A DNA stretch of 63,364 nt, filler included, from Porpidia crustulata (Eukaryota): assembly GCA_964255105.1 (NCBI GenBank). It is 13 parts of 13 records of this genome, joined end to end, with 100 filler letters (N's around TTAATTAATTAA, not from the genome) between each part and the next. Parts side by side here need not be neighbours in the genome. Positions count along the whole stretch, not along the records: positions 34,276 to 39,056 come from CAXUWE010001998.1; positions 39,157 to 43,932 come from CAXUWE010001999.1; positions 44,033 to 48,807 come from CAXUWE010002000.1; positions 48,908 to 53,660 come from CAXUWE010002001.1; 9 more parts are not named here. The stretch is one strand, 5' to 3'. The translations under genes and the position numbers were made by a program. The notes beneath the pieces were generated by a model. That model did no database searches. It had not been told where the DNA came from and saw nothing but the letters and a program-made list of their open reading frames with translations. This document shows positions 37,173 to 50,259 of the stretch, piece after piece. How positions within the stretch are numbered: position 1 is the stretch's first letter; the number at the start of each line of letters is the position of its first letter.

Positions 37173-38977
37173 ATGCTTCCTGATGCCGTAAGACCCAGTG
37201 CTTACGTTGCGATACGACTACCATCAGATACACTTCTAGTCTTGGAGATCGTGCCAAACACGTATGTCATGTAGCTTGAGTGAGCAGTCTCATCCCGTCC
37301 TTCGCTGATCGGTCGTTAACTAATTCTGTTCAAAGCATAGTATCCCTTGGCAAATATGGCAGCTTTCAAGCCAATAACCTTATCGGTCGACCATGTCACC
37401 TTACCTATGAGATTCTCGATGAAGTCGATGGCGCGACAGGGTCAGGCCTACGGGTAGTTCCTGCGGCAGAACTGTATGGAGGTATTGACGATGAAGGGAC
37501 AGCAACACCTTCGAAGGACGGTGAGGGGGAATTTTTCAGCTCAAAAGACGGGGTAGAACATGAAATAGTCGGAGAACGTGGCGACGCTGTACTAAAGACG
37601 AATCGTGAAACTATCGACGATACTTCTAACCAGCTCATGACTATGGAGGAAATAGAGCTCCTGAAAGCTGAAGGAATGGGGTCCGGAAAAGATCTCATTA
37701 CGAAACTACTCAAATCTCACGCAGGCTTGGATCAAAAGACCGACTTCGCGCTTGCCAAGTATACACTAAGGAAGGTCAAAAAGTTTATGAGGAGATTTAC
37801 CGTATTACAATTGGACGTGCCCCTTCTGGTGAAATGGATGTTGTCGGTGAAAGAACCAATGAAGATTATGGAGATGAGAGAAGAAATCCTAGCGTTGGTC
37901 GGCAGCTGGTCCAATGTACATTGTGCAGTACCACATCAAACAGCTGGAGCAGATCTAGGAACTTCAGAAGCTAGAGAAGGTAGATGGCTGGTGATTGACG
38001 AGACTGCGGGCTTATTGGTCGCTGCTCTGAGTGAGAAAATGGGCGTGCTAAATCCTATCGAGGCAAGCGAGTCAAAGATAACATCAAGACCACCCCTAAG
38101 CCCGGCAGGGATAGAACCTCATGCCAATGGTGAAGCAGAGAACCAGAAAGACAACCCAAAGCAAACCTCGCCGGCCAACTCATCAAGTGCAACGCTAGCA
38201 AGCTCAAATACAATCACCCTCATCCACGCAAACACACAGCCAAACCTATCATTACTGCGGTATTTCGGCTTTGACGCCGCGAATCCCGCACCCTCGCACC
38301 CATTGTACCGTCATCTGAGAACCATCTCATGGCTCCAATTATTGGCACCTACCGAAGACAGCTCATACACAGAGCCAGCATTGGCCTCAGAAGATGTCAT
38401 TCGGGGCTGGAAGAGTGGGAAACGAGGGCACTACTACCGGAAGCGTAAGCGATGGGAACGCATTAAGACCGTCGTGGACGAAACCCGCGCCGGCGGATTC
38501 GACGGCCTAATCGTTGCCTCGGCCATGGATCACACCAGCATCCTGCACCATACCGTTCCTCTCCTCCGAGGTGCAGCCCAGGTCGTCATTTATTCACCGA
38601 CTATCGAGCCACTCGTAGAACTGACAGATTACTACTCGACAGCGCGGCGTGCGGCATTTTTGTTGGATCCACCAGAGCCACATCTGCTACCGACACAAGA
38701 CTTTCCGGTCGATCCTACCTTGCTGCTAGCGCCAACGATCCAGACGGCGCGCTGTAGGGCTTGGCAGGTACTCCCAGGTCGGACACATCCGCTGATGACG
38801 AGTCGGGGTGGTGCGGAAGGATATCTGTTCACGGCCACGAGAGTGTTACCTGCGAAAGGAAAAGTCGAAGCGAGGGGCAATCACAAGCGGCGAAAGCTGG
38901 GCGATGAGAGTACGAGGGCGTCGTCACAGCGGCAAGCTTCTGCAGAGGCTGAGCCAGAGAATCCCGTAGAGATTTAG
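37173..38977 (+). CDS. TRM6: tRNA m1A58 methyltransferase non-catalytic subunit
   Basis: YVAIRLPS..PNT, intron 37262-37335, then SLGKYGSF..NNLIGRP, Q.MTMEEIE.LK, LDQKT.FALAKY, GGFDGLIVA, WQVLPGRTHPLMTSRGGAEGY (Gcd10 family). Confidence 0.93.
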
Positions 38978-39056
38978 ATCGCGTGACCATGATCTTGTCA
39001 ATGGGAGCAATAATACACATAGCTTCCCAGCCTTCAAACCCCCCCCTTCCCTCCCC

Positions 39057-39156
39057 NNNNNNNNNNNNNNNNNNNNNNNNNNNNNNNNNNNNNNNNNNNN
39101 TTAATTAATTAANNNNNNNNNNNNNNNNNNNNNNNNNNNNNNNNNNNNNNNNNNNN
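39057..39156. other. Artificial contig spacer
   Basis: Same 100-bp spacer. Confidence 0.98.
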
Positions 39157-40631
39157 GTGCGAGAGCTGGGGGACTTCTTGGTTGAGGATCCGGAGGAGCT
39201 TGGAGGCGATGTCGAGGGGGACGTCTTTGAGGAAGCGGAAGCCGCTGGTGAAGGGGGAGACGGTGAAGGTGGTGTCGAGGGTGAAGGGGCCTTTGAAGAT
39301 GTCGAACCTGATTGCGCCGGTGTTTGTGAGGACGAGCCGCGGGACATCTTTACGGGCAGGGTCGGAGATCGTGTCTGGGAGTACGCGGTCCTGCAGCCAG
39401 GTGAAGATGCTGTATTTACTTGGATATGGGGCGCGATTGGTCCAGAGATCAGTAGGCGCGCAGCCGAAGCGAGTGTCTAGTTTGAGGTGTTTACGAGCGA
39501 GAGAGATGGATAGGGAAACGTTGCGACCGTGGGGAGTTGGAAAAGTGGAGCTGTTCAGGGAGGTGTGATGGTGGAGGGAGAACAGGTTGTTGTCGATATA
39601 GCGCCTTGCGTAAATAGGAGAGGCAAGCATTGGAAGCGCATCATGGGTGGTGGGTAGATTGACAGAGCGGGAGTTGGGTTTACCCCCAGTGGAAAGCCCG
39701 GTAATGGACATGAAGCCGATAGTCTCCATATAGCGGCCACTTTCGATACCATAAGCTTTGCTATCGTATTTTACGTAGTCGCGGATATGGGTGTGGCCAC
39801 CGAAGAATTGAATCGGAGTGTCCCATTGTTGGCTGCGGATGGCTTTGTAAAGGGCGTTGTATTCTGGCGAGTCCAGAGAAACATGGCCGGCGACTACGAA
39901 GAGATCGACCTCACGGTCTCGAATCGCGTCTTTGAACCATTGCTCTTCGACGGTCTTTTCGACCGGTTGGATGATGGTGTTGTTTGAGTTTGCCGTGAAA
40001 TCAAATATGAAGCCAAAGGCAATGATTCGGATGCCTTGGCTCTTGGTCACGAACTTCTTGAATCGCGGTGCCAATGGTACTCTTTCACCAGATTGTGGGT
40101 CGAATATGTCGAGGTTGGAGGCAAGATAATTGCCTTTGAAGTTAGGCTCTGTCACTAAGTATTCATTCTCTGAAGAATTCTGCTTATAGAGCTCGTGGTT
40201 CCCCGAACATATAATGTCGATATGCTGCTCTTTGAATATGTTCGCGGTGAATCTGCCTTTTGGATTTGATGCATCATATAGTCCATTGCCCTCTATTCTA
40301 TCGCCAGTGTCTATCACTAGCAAATCGACTCCTTCCTTATCGGCTTTCTCCCTCAGTCGTTGCGCAAACGAGATGTAGTCGCCCCAGTCCGCGCTATACG
40401 ACGGTCTTTGCACAGAGTCAGCATACTCATATTGATACAGACCTGAGGGATCTACTCTTGAAGATGCCCGGCATGCCAGCCATGGGTGTCTGTTGTCTGC
40501 AAGAAATTCAGCTGACCCCATGGCAAATCCCGGAGAGGCGCCGAGATGGGCAAGGGCGCAGATGGTTGCGCAGCTTGAGTTGTGGCCAGAAACGCGAAAA
40601 CGAGGCCGCCATAACTGGATCGGAGTATCAT
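39157..40631 (-). CDS. Secreted calcineurin-like metallophosphoesterase / 5'-nucleotidase family (YHR202W-like), 3'-truncated
   Basis: Signal peptide, LPWGQLNFLQTTDTHGW, intron ~40407-40456, DTGDRIEGNGL, GNHELY, GGHTHIRD, ESGRYMETIG. Confidence 0.9.
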
Positions 40632-40834
40632 GGCGCAATTTCGGTCCCGTAATAACGCAGTTGTATTCTGAGCGCCTGAACAAGCTCCGAAGTCAGAGAC
40701 CGTGAAAGCTTCGTAGGCTACAAGATGCGTCAACAGAGAACGTCACCCCGCAACCGAGGCAACGCAAAGGCGACCAGGGTATCGTTTGCTGCATTTTGTG
40801 TCCTGCTCTTCGATTACAGTTTAAGGACTAGCAT

Positions 40835-42558
40835 ATGTCGATTATGCAACAAGCTGCACGTTGTCGTGCAAACCAAGAGGCCTACAAAATCCTCAATGCT
40901 TTTGTTACGCCGATCAAAGATACTTCCTGGAAGGTCCAGGAAGCTGCTGCTCGATTAGAAAGCGGTAAACCCTACCACAATGCTTCCAATACAATTGCTT
41001 CTCATACTAATAGCCCTGCAGAGAAACCAAAATCTGATATCGATGGTCAATTGATAGCAATCAAGGATAATATATGCACAACAGAGGAGCCGACATCATG
41101 CGCTTCGGCAATCCTAAATGGATTCATCAGCCCGTATGCAGCTACGGTTGTCGAAAAGATACAACGAGCCGGAGCCATAGTGGCAGGCAAGACCAATATG
41201 GATGAGTTTGGGATGGGGTATGTATATAACAACTACTGTAGGGTGCTGCTCACAGAAGGCACAATACAGGTCCCATTCGGTCAACTCGATTCATGGACAT
41301 GTCAGGAACCATTTCGGCACCCCTGGACAACCCATCTCCGCGGGAGGTAGTTCTGGTGGTAGCGCTGTAGCAGTTGCGACTGGACAGTGCTTTGCGTATG
41401 TTTGAGCTTTCGGGAGTATTATCGAATAAGAGATTAATCGTCGGCAGGGCTTTGGGCACAGATACCGGTGGATCTGTACGTCTTCCAGCAGCTTACGCGG
41501 GTGTTGTGGGATTCAAACCTTCGTATGGCCTCATCTCACGGCATGGCGTCATAGCCTATGCCAATTCTCTTGATACTGTTGGCATTCTAGCTCGCAATAG
41601 CAGATCAACTAAATCAGTATTTGGTAATCACATCCATTACTCTAGAGTATTTATAAATTCATAACTTCTACCAGACACAATCAAGGGGTTTGATGAACGC
41701 GACCCTACTTCTATCCCTACAGAGACACGTTCCAGAATACAAGAAGCTCTCAAGAAACATAGTGGTCATGAAAGACGGCCGTATCGTATCGGAGTACCGA
41801 AAGAATATAATACTATGGACCTCTCACCACCGGTTCGACAGGCTTGGTTGGATACTCTGAGCCTTCTCCAAGATCAGGGGTACTCGGTCCGGACGATTTC
41901 GCTTCCTGCCACCAAATCAGCGTTGGCTGCGTACTACGTAATCGCACCAGCAGAAGCCTCGTCAAATCTAGCCAAGTATGATGGTGTACGCTACGGCAAC
42001 AAAATTGAGGAGCGAGATGGGTCAAATACCGTCCTCTATGCTGCTACCAGGGGGGCTGGTTTTGGAGAGGAGGTCAAGAGGAGGGTCTTATTAGGCTCCT
42101 ACAGCTTGAGCGCCTCTGCGATTGATAATTATTTTATCAAGGCTCAAAAAGTGCGGCGATTAGTACAGAAAGATTTCAACAGAGTCTTTTCATTCCGCCA
42201 CCCACTTCTGAGCGCTGAAGAGCAAACTCGCAAACATGAAGGGGTCGATGTGATTATAACACCTACAGCGCAATCACGACCACCGAAGCTTAGCACATTG
42301 GCCGCGCGTGGGTCAGTGGATACTTTCAATGATGATGTGCTGACTGTGCCGGCTAGTCTTGCAGGTCTACCAGCAATCAGTGTATCTATCCCAGTCGAAA
42401 GGTTGAGGAATGATAACCAATCTCTGCCTCACACTGTAGGCTTGCAGATACTTGGACAGTACGGGGATGAGGACTCCGTGTTCAAGGTCGCCCAGGAGAT
42501 TGAAGACATGTTGCCGGTCACCGACGACTTGTGGCCTCAACGTCGTGCTCAGGATTGA
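40835..42558 (+). CDS. HER2: Glutamyl-tRNA(Gln) amidotransferase subunit A, mitochondrial
   Basis: [20 protein letters not shown], amidase signature [44 protein letters not shown]; about 4 introns. Confidence 0.93.
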
Positions 42559-43932
42559 AAGGACAGGGTATGACCGTGCTCCAAGGCTTGATGATCCAGA
42601 TACCAAGGACTTCAACTTCAGCAGAAACAACTTGAACGAGTCTCGGCTTTCGATGGCTTCGGCAGAAACAATGTAGATAACTGTGACTTTTCTATCGACT
42701 TGTTGAAAGACATAACCACACCAGCTCCGCCCACAGGTATAAGAGAAGTAGCACTAGCCCAGGAGGTTCTAACACACATCAAGATAATTCCTTCGAAGCG
42801 AAGGAGTTTGTTATGACTCCACGATCGCCAAGTTGGCCGTGGAGAGGCCTTCTCCACCACGATGCTAGTATCCTCACGCCACCACCAAATCAACCGGCAC
42901 ACTGTGGTGCTTCACTACTCATTTGACATGAGAAGCGAACGTTAGAATTAGTCACCTAGTCTTCGAGGGTTCCAATCTCCTTTTCGAAGTGTGTCGATTC
43001 CTTGACCTTGCTGTGGATTGCCACTAGAATTTTTCGGACGCTGCTGAGAAGCGCGCCAGTCCGATTCATACACTGCGATAAGTCATCCTCAGGCTACACT
43101 GGCTCAAATCTCCGACCTGAGTACAAGCTTATGACAAAAAAACTCGGTTTCGGCAACGCTCTGAACGCAACACTATGATATGTAGACTCATCGAAGAAAC
43201 CGCTTCGGTATCTCGTCATTTCTGGTGCAGTTGACAGAGTTTCGTTTTCGATTCGATCATCCCGTAAGATTTAATGCTTGTCTTTCAAAATCTACTACCG
43301 ATACGAGCGCATTATAGAACTATTCTACACCATCATATTGTCGCATCGAGTATTTCCTTTTAAGAACCCCATAACACTTTTCCGGTACACTACATCAAGC
43401 AAGGCTTAACTCAGCTATGAAAATACAACTCTGCAATGAGTCAATTGCATACAAAGCCAATTCAATGACAGCGATCTAGCATGTCTACAATTTGGCGGTG
43501 GCCTTCTTTCGAATTGGAGTAACTGGCATTCATTCCAAAATCACATCTACATTCAACGCCCTAGCTAGGCAGGACTTGAGCACTCTCCAGCGTTTATATT
43601 TGCTTATTGTTAATGTCTTGTCGCTGCATGCTACGCTCAGTTTTCAGGCCATAAAGTCTGGAATCACCGCTCAGCAGATTGTAAAGGCTCTAGGTTTTTT
43701 TGAGGATTTCCGTTGGATTCATAGGTTGTAACTCCACTTACCTCGACAGGATGCAGAACCGCCTCCCTGACCGTCGGCCTCTCAACCAACGTCGCCGTCT
43801 TCGTGCAGGAGCGTCGCGCAGCACGAGCTCGGGCTGCTGCAGTTTGATCGTACCGCGAGCGCGGGCGCGACGTGGAACGCTGCAGATAGGAAGGCGAAGG
43901 AAAAGGGAAGGTAGGAGTAGTGGGAGTAGTGG

Positions 43933-44032
43933 NNNNNNNNNNNNNNNNNNNNNNNNNNNNNNNNNNNNNNNNNNNNTTAATTAATTAANNNNNNNNNNNN
44001 NNNNNNNNNNNNNNNNNNNNNNNNNNNNNNNN
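43933..44032. other. Artificial contig spacer
   Basis: Same 100-bp spacer. Confidence 0.98.
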
Positions 44033-44283
44033 GGGCGATTGGTGGTGGGAGGTGGTAGAAGGTAGTGGAGGGCTGGTAGGGCGGCGGCGGCAGAGAATTA
44101 TTTGTGAGTTGTTAGAGAGGGATCGAGGATGTTTGTGTCGAGAGAAATTGGTAAGGTAGGTGATGGGTTTTGGTTTGGTGGTTGTAGGATTATGAAGTCA
44201 TGATTTTGCGATTGATGCTGTTACCTGACACCATCAAAATTCTAAGGGACAAATTTTTAAATAGTGGTGTTTTTGCAATGATT

Positions 44284-44395
44284 GACACTTTGGCCGAGTG
44301 GTTAAGGCGATAGACTCGAATATTGCGTCTCCGCTGGGGAATGCAGTTGATATCTATTATCTTCGGATGCGCAGGTTCAAATCCTGCAGGTGTCG
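44284..44395 (+). tRNA. tRNA-Ser(CGA) with 31-nt intron (44321-44351)
   Basis: Acceptor GACACTT/AGGTGTC, D arm GCC-GAGTGGTTAA-GGC, anticodon stem ATAGA/TCTAT, CT-CGA-A, long variable arm TATC-TTCG-GATG, T arm GCAGG-TTCAAAT-CCTGC, discriminator G. Confidence 0.95.
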
Positions 44396-44714
44396 CACTT
44401 CTTAGCTCCGAATTAAATTTTATATCTTGAATTCGAAGAATTAGATCTTTTTTCATCCTTATTTGTTCATTTGCATGTTTGTTTATGCAGATATTTACAT
44501 AGATTAGATTATAAGATCGGTGACGGTTTTTACTATCGTTTAAGCATGAACTTCGAGTTCGACTCGGCGGATTTTGATCGCTAGAACATGACAGAGCAAT
44601 GGTAGGTATCTCTGTAACCCAGGCGGATACGGACCCTGGCGCCAAAGAGTCGAACACTTGTGAGACGTCCATTGCTAAAACTACTATGTTAATATACACG
44701 ACTAATTTTGAGCT

Positions 44715-45671
44715 TTAGTCATGGTCTAAGCTACTATCCTGATCAATAACATGATTCCCAATCCACGACTTTAGCGAACAGACATCAACCCTCTTCTTCG
44801 CGTTGTACGTCTTGCTCTCGGAATTAGACCATGCCACGCCTTTCCCCTTGGCAAATACAATTCGATATTTGCAGAGGATATCGTCGGGCTGGCTTACAAG
44901 TTCTTTCTCCAAGGTCTCGACGCTCCATTCCACCCTCTTGAATCCTCTCTTGAGTTTGTCTTCCAAAAGAGAAGCAACCTCATCGTACGTGACAGTATCG
45001 CCAGCGACATATACAACCTCACTGGCGATCCGAGGACTCTCATCATAGAGGATCTCAGCCGTGAGCCGCCCGATATCTTCCGCCGTCGTCAACGTGATTT
45101 CATTTTTCAAGCTCCCGAGTGCGCGGACCGTGGAGTTCCCAACGTCCACCACGCCGAACGCAGCTTCGAACAGAAAGCTAGTGAACATGCCGGTAGAAAT
45201 GATGATCCATTCGGTCCTATTCTGGCCCCGCAATAGGTCTCTCACTTCAAGCTGCTCGTCAAAGAGATCTTGCGCGCTGCCGCGCCCGATGATGTCGTAA
45301 TCAACACCGAATTGCCACGGGCAGTAGCGCGAGACGCCTGCGTCCAGCACGGCTCGGGCGATTTTTATCTGAACGGAACTGCCTGCAGAGAAGCCAGTAC
45401 AGCCGATGATTGTATGGAAGGGTTCGAACAGTTTAGATAATTCTGATATGGAGGCGATCGCGATATCACCAGGTAGCAAGGAGATGCCAAGGACATGGAA
45501 CCTGGCGAGCATTTCTTTCTTGTCCGGGGCTTGTGATACGATGGTCGCGGGTCGTAGCAAGACGGTTACTGTGATGTTTCTGGACGGAGGAGCCCATTTA
45601 CACAAGTTATTCAGAACCGATATTCCCAGCTCGCCGGCGCCAATTACTAATATAGAAGTCTTGACAGACAT
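44715..45671 (-). CDS. NmrA-like / isoflavone reductase-family oxidoreductase
   Basis: 318-aa intronless ORF; ILVIGAGELG Rossmann motif, PWQFGVDYD.IGRGS.QDLFDEQL.VR, STGMFTSFLF. Confidence 0.9.
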   Translation of the reverse strand: MSVKTSILVIGAGELGISVLNNLCKWAPPSRNITVTVLLRPATIVSQAPDKKEMLARFHVLGISLLPGDIAIASISELSKLFEPFHTIIGCTGFSAGSSVQIKIARAVLDAGVSRYCPWQFGVDYDIIGRGSAQDLFDEQLEVRDLLRGQNRTEWIIISTGMFTSFLFEAAFGVVDVGNSTVRALGSLKNEITLTTAEDIGRLTAEILYDESPRIASEVVYVAGDTVTYDEVASLLEDKLKRGFKRVEWSVETLEKELVSQPDDILCKYRIVFAKGKGVAWSNSESKTYNAKKRVDVCSLKSWIGNHVIDQDSSLDHD

Positions 45672-47842
45672 GCCGAAGGTAGTGAAACTGGAGGTTTCAG
45701 CTGAGCTGCGCCAAAATTAGATGGAATGAAATAAAGTGTAAGTGGGATATATATACTTGATATATAATGGGTATTGTTTAGCAGTTGGCTGATGAGGGAT
45801 TGATGGTCAGACTTTCCGGCCACTGATATTGATGACAAATATCTTATTTATCTTCCAGTCGTGATTTGATTGGCACACATGCATGCATGCAACATCTTTC
45901 AAGGTATCCGGCAGCAGAGAGTATTACAAATAAAGTAAGAAACCAAGTGGCGTCGCTCATAGTCCACGGGAATAATCATAGCCCAGAGGTCTTCTGATCT
46001 ATCCTTTTACTAATCAAGCCGGACAAGACCTCCGTGGCAGACTTGAAGCGTTTGAAAGCGATGCGGCCATAATGCACTTATGTAGTTGAATTGAGCAGTC
46101 TTTTTATTCGTCCTCAATTCCTAGACTTTGCATTAAATACTTCTACCATTGAGTGATGGCATCCTGCGGTAGAAGCTGGGCTGGAACTAGAGCGTATCAA
46201 TGACTTTGACCGGAATTTTCGTGCCGAACACCGCAATCTGCTTGATTCGAGCATATGCTTCACTCCTTTTTGATGTCTTTGCCCACTCCGACGAGTAGCG
46301 ATTGCTCTCACCCTACTAGGCGTGTATTCCTCGTACCATGGCCTGTACCCAGGCAGTCATCCGGTTTTTCCGCCGAATCCATAGACAGCGTGCGCCTTAT
46401 ACCAGCCTACCGGACCAGGAGGGACCATCGCCGCATAACTATCCAACTAAACAATTGATGTTGGCAGTTGCGACCCTGTATAAAGGCCGACATTGCCATT
46501 TGCATCATGAAAGACAGACATTGTGTTTGGAAGGAAGGCAGCTGTAAAACGTCGGCTGCAGTATCACAAGTCAGTAACATTCCAGCACCTCATCATCACC
46601 CTTATCTCCATCACTGTCTACCTCTCCCTTGTCTGCTCCCCTGAAATCATGCACCACAAACCTACGATTCTCCGATCGGCATCTTCTGGCCCGACGTCTT
46701 TACTCAGACTTCCAACGGTGACGTGTATGCGACCTTTGAAAAAACTGATTTAATTTGCATGGGTCTCGTGCCACTGAATTGTGGTCGTCCAAGGCGGTCA
46801 ATTTAGAATAGTGACAATGGCTCGATTGTTGGCTCCGGGGAGGGGAAAGTGAACTTTGCAAAGCCGACGGAGAGATCGACGGTCAGGGATAGGAAGTTGA
46901 TTGGGTCCATGCAAGGCATCATGGATATGACAAGAACGGTGCAGTTGAGAAAGCAATATAAAGGCGATGGCGACCTTTGTGCACCAAATAAGTTCAATAA
47001 AGTTTCGTTGAATTTATGCCTAAGAAACGGCAGGAATCCTGTCTCTCGGAGTTCTATACAGATCCTTATGTTGAGGCTATCCCCAGAGCCAAAGAGTGAC
47101 AAAGATAAAAAGCTGGATAGAACGCTCGTGAAGATGGAACATCTTTAGACACGCGTTGAACGAACAGCAATTGGAATTCTTCTCGTTAATGAATGAGACA
47201 AATATGTTCGCAAAAACTCGAATCACCTTTGTGAAATGACCTAGATGTTATTAATCCTTCCAGGTAATGAAATGGCAACGGTTCGTCTTCTTTCTTTCTA
47301 TCGTTGATTGCACTCTATGGTGCGTTGATATTGTCAAGATACAAAATAGTCACCAAGAACAGCCCGACCCCTATCGACAATGACGTCATCCGCTCTTTCC
47401 TAATACTTCAACACATATAAGACAGGATGTAAGCACAGATATGGCTGGAAATGGACACCACGATCAACGTGGAAAAGGCGGTCGTTCACAAGTATGACAT
47501 ATTCACGCTATCACACGACTGAAGCTTGCAAGTCTACGAGTCTGCGAGTCTCATGATTGCCCATGTCATGCATGGCTGAACTTTACAATCGTTTCAAGAA
47601 AAAGGAGGAAAAGCAGAAGAGGTTGACAATCCAAGAATGGAGATGATTCACCAGACATGCTCAATGCGTCGCGATAATCACATGTCTTTCTCGGATGTCG
47701 GCAAAGTAATTGTCAGCATGCATCAATAATCCGCACCTGCATCGACGACAACGGCCATATATATCTATCCGCCATCTACCACAACTCGAATAGGAAACAT
47801 TGATATCCAATCTACACTCTATCCACACTATTCACCACCGCC

Positions 47843-48807
47843 ATGAATCCTACCTTCGACGGCAAACCTCCAGTCATCGCTCCAGGTTCAACCATCCTGG
47901 TGACAGGCGCGAATGGATACGTCGCTAGTCATGTCGCCGACCAATTCCTGGAACGAGGCTACAAAGTCCGAGGAACGGTTCGAGATGCCGCCAAAACCAG
48001 TTGGTTGCAAGAGCTTTTCGACAAGAAGTACGGCACAGGGAAATACGAAACCGTGGTGGTGAAAGATATGGTCGCTCCCGGAGCATACGATGAAGTCACC
48101 AAAGGTCCGACTTCTCTCCATCACACCACTTACCCCCATTAACACCAATACAGACGTCTCAGGCGTCGCCCACGTCGCCTCCGTCCTCGCCTTTGACGTC
48201 GGCGACCCCAACGCCGTCATCACTCCCTCTATTGCAGGCGCCCGCAACGCCCTGCTCGCTGCCCAAAAAACCCCCTCAGTCCAACGCTTCGTCCTCACCT
48301 CCGACGTTCCCTTCACCCTAACCACCTCCAGCTGGAACGAAGCCGACATCGCCGCCGCCTGGCAACCGCCACCCTACACGGCCGACCGCGCCTGGTCCGT
48401 CTACGGCGCCAGTAAAGCGCAAACGGAGCAGGAAGTCTGGAAATTCGTCGCCGACCAGCACCCGCACTTCACCACCAACGCCGTCTGCCCCAACACCAAT
48501 TTCGGCCTCCTGCTCGACCCGGCCCACGCCACCTCCACCGGCGCCTTCATCCCCGCCATCCACGCCGCCTCGGGCGTCCCGACCGAGCTGCTTGCCCTAC
48601 CACCGCAGTGGTATGTTGACGTGCAGGACACGGCACGCCTGCACGTGGCCGCAATGCTGGATCCGACCGTGGCGAACGAGCGCGTGCTCGCGTTCGCGGA
48701 ACCGTTTAATTGGAACGATGTCCTGGCTGTGATGCGGAAATTGTGTCCAGGGATGACTTTTGAGGATGTAAAGGGGTTGGGCAGGGATTTGTCGAAGGTG
48801 CCGATTC
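47843..48807 (+). CDS. Extended SDR, aldehyde reductase II / dihydroflavonol reductase-like (3'-truncated)
   Basis: TGANGYVASH..GYKVRGTVR; intron 48105-48153; VAHVAS, YGASK, VDVQDTARLHV. Confidence 0.9.
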
Positions 48808-48907
48808 NNNNNNNNNNNNNNNNNNNNNNNNNNNNNNNNNNNNNNNNNNNNTTAATTAATTAANNNNNNNNNNNNNNNNNNNNNNNNNNNNNNNNNNNNN
48901 NNNNNNN
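48808..48907. other. Artificial contig spacer
   Basis: Same 100-bp spacer. Confidence 0.98.
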
Positions 48908-49795
<888 letters not shown>

Positions 49796-50259
49796 GACGG
49801 GCTGGCTGTTGTTGATTATGGAAATGTGTAGAATAGAATTTTGATCAGAAATTCCGATGTAGAATATCGGATAGAAATACAAGAGACATAGGAGGACCAG
49901 CAGAGACAGGTAGAGTAAGGGCAAGGAAATGTAACGAAATCGAGCTATGTTTCAAGCCTCATAAGTTCGCCACTCCTAATGCAATCACTTTAATTTCACT
50001 ACCAGAAGTTGAATTTCAAATCTTGGGCTTCATTAGGTGTCTGTCTTTTCATGGCAAAGCCAATCCAATAAGTTCTCAACTTGGAACTCAAGTTAATGCT
50101 GTGATGGTTCTCTAAATATTTTATTACCACGCCGGCGCAAGACTAGCTTAGATTACCGTACGTAGAAGTCCTCGAATAAGCTTCACTTGAGATGAGAAAT
50201 AACGACCCAGAATGTAATTACTTCTCATTATGGCATAATTAATTCTTTCTGTTGAGCGC

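Noticed and set aside
37173..44395. TRM6, GatA and tRNA-Ser as a tRNA-metabolism cluster
   Set aside because: Three different contigs; adjacency comes only from size sorting
44190..44699. 169-aa minus-strand ORF
   Set aside because: It is antisense across the tRNA-Ser gene and AT-rich flank, with a non-ATG start and no protein motif
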